From Candidatus Kuenenia stuttgartensis (lineage in GTDB: Bacteria > Planctomycetota > Brocadiia > Brocadiales > Brocadiaceae): a stretch of DNA of 32,000 nt. Positions within the stretch are counted from its first letter, which is position 1. Every line of letters begins with the position of its first letter. The position numbers and the translations under genes were made by a program. The DNA is taken from NCBI RefSeq assembly GCF_900232105.1, contig NZ_LT934425.1, positions 1,440,001-1,472,000 of the forward strand, read 5' to 3'. Shown here one piece after another: positions 31,348 through 32,000 of the stretch. The notes beneath the pieces were generated by a model. That model did no database searches and was not told the origin of the DNA. It was given only the letters and a program-made list of their open reading frames with translations.

Positions 31348-32000
31348 TTCCCCATATGGACTACCTCCACGCCATTTGGGATTGTAAAGGTGAATATTTT
31401 TGAGTCAAGCTGGCTGTTTACAATGATATCAGAAAGCGTGATGCCCATTGCGGTATTGTATGTGGGCCAACGGACGTCAATTCTTTGCGGCAGCCGGCAA
31501 CTATCGAAATCAGAATAATCGGTAAATACTGCCTGCAGCCGGACAGAACCGTCCGGATTAAATGTTTCACATCGAAATGTATCCGTGTTACTCCTGTTAA
31601 TCAACAATTTCCCTTTAAGATTTATTTTGCCTTCATTCGTATCTATCGCGTAAATGATCCAATAATAAGGCCAGATTTCCAATACCGTACTCTCGCCGCC
31701 CAGAATATTTTTAAGATTAAATAACCCTGCCATATCATTCGGTGAAATGCCCATTCCTGATGAATTCACTTTATGCAAGGCGTTGCTGGAACCTGTGTAA
31801 ACCTTTTTTTCCGAGGGGACATAAATCCAAAAGGTATTGCCGTCGGTAGACATATCAAATAGGGTAGTCGCCAGTTTTGAGCCAATGACACGCAGATGAT
31901 TTGGCGTTTCATACACTATCAGGCCGGTGCATGTAACAGGCCCTTTTGATTCAGGCGCGGTTAAGGTTATTTTTGCCTTTGCCCGAAGCGTAGTAAGTTT
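31344..32000 (-). CDS. LolA-like / DUF4292-like outer-membrane lipoprotein (partial; 5' end outside the window)
   Basis: The frame stays open from 31916 up to the window edge (KLTTLRAKAKITLTAPESKGPVTCTGLIVYETPNHLRVIG...). The pattern resembles LolA-fold proteins. The family call is tentative. Confidence 0.55.
   Translation of the reverse strand, partial: KLTTLRAKAKITLTAPESKGPVTCTGLIVYETPNHLRVIGSKLATTLFDMSTDGNTFWIYVPSEKKVYTGSSNALHKVNSSGMGISPNDMAGLFNLKNILGGESTVLEIWPYYWIIYAIDTNEGKINLKGKLLINRSNTDTFRCETFNPDGSVRLQAVFTDYSDFDSCRLPQRIDVRWPTYNTAMGITLSDIIVNSQLDSKIFTFTIPNGVEVVHMGN

Overview
Moderately AT-rich bacterial chromosomal window. Most genes are on the minus strand.

Gene content, left to right:
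- purE.
- A three-gene NAD-linked formate dehydrogenase cluster: nuoE-like, nuoF-like, and a Cys-type molybdopterin FdhA.
- A decayed SbtA-family permease remnant and a DUF2294/MpsC-like gene.
- topA, rpsT, and a BatA-N/VWA membrane protein.
- A vapBC pair.
- A 1611-aa protein fusing four glycosyltransferase domains to TPR repeats.
- An accessory patch (about 19.2-25.5 kb): an Rpn-family nuclease gene with ATG-TAG at its start, two small hypothetical ORFs, and tRNA-Pro(CGG) squeezed between two unrelated IS elements.
- A coupled secreted pair (S55-like peptidase and a beta-propeller protein), then tsaC, rpiB and a partial LolA-like gene.

The gene content is loosely reminiscent of Planctomycetota or anammox-type genomes. 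That is a guess I cannot verify.

The most unusual signal is non-coding. Almost every long intergenic spacer holds a palindromic element from one dispersed family.
- A conserved 25-26 nt arm (TGTAACACTTTAGTTTTTTGAAAAAT and its reverse complement) brackets variable cores that are themselves palindromic.
- Some cores recur at distant loci.
- Some elements look inserted into one another.
- Two heptad-repeat versions flank topA.

I found no CRISPR array, no rRNA and no selenocysteine recoding. Most short ORFs in the supplied track are antisense shadows of the large genes and are not reported.
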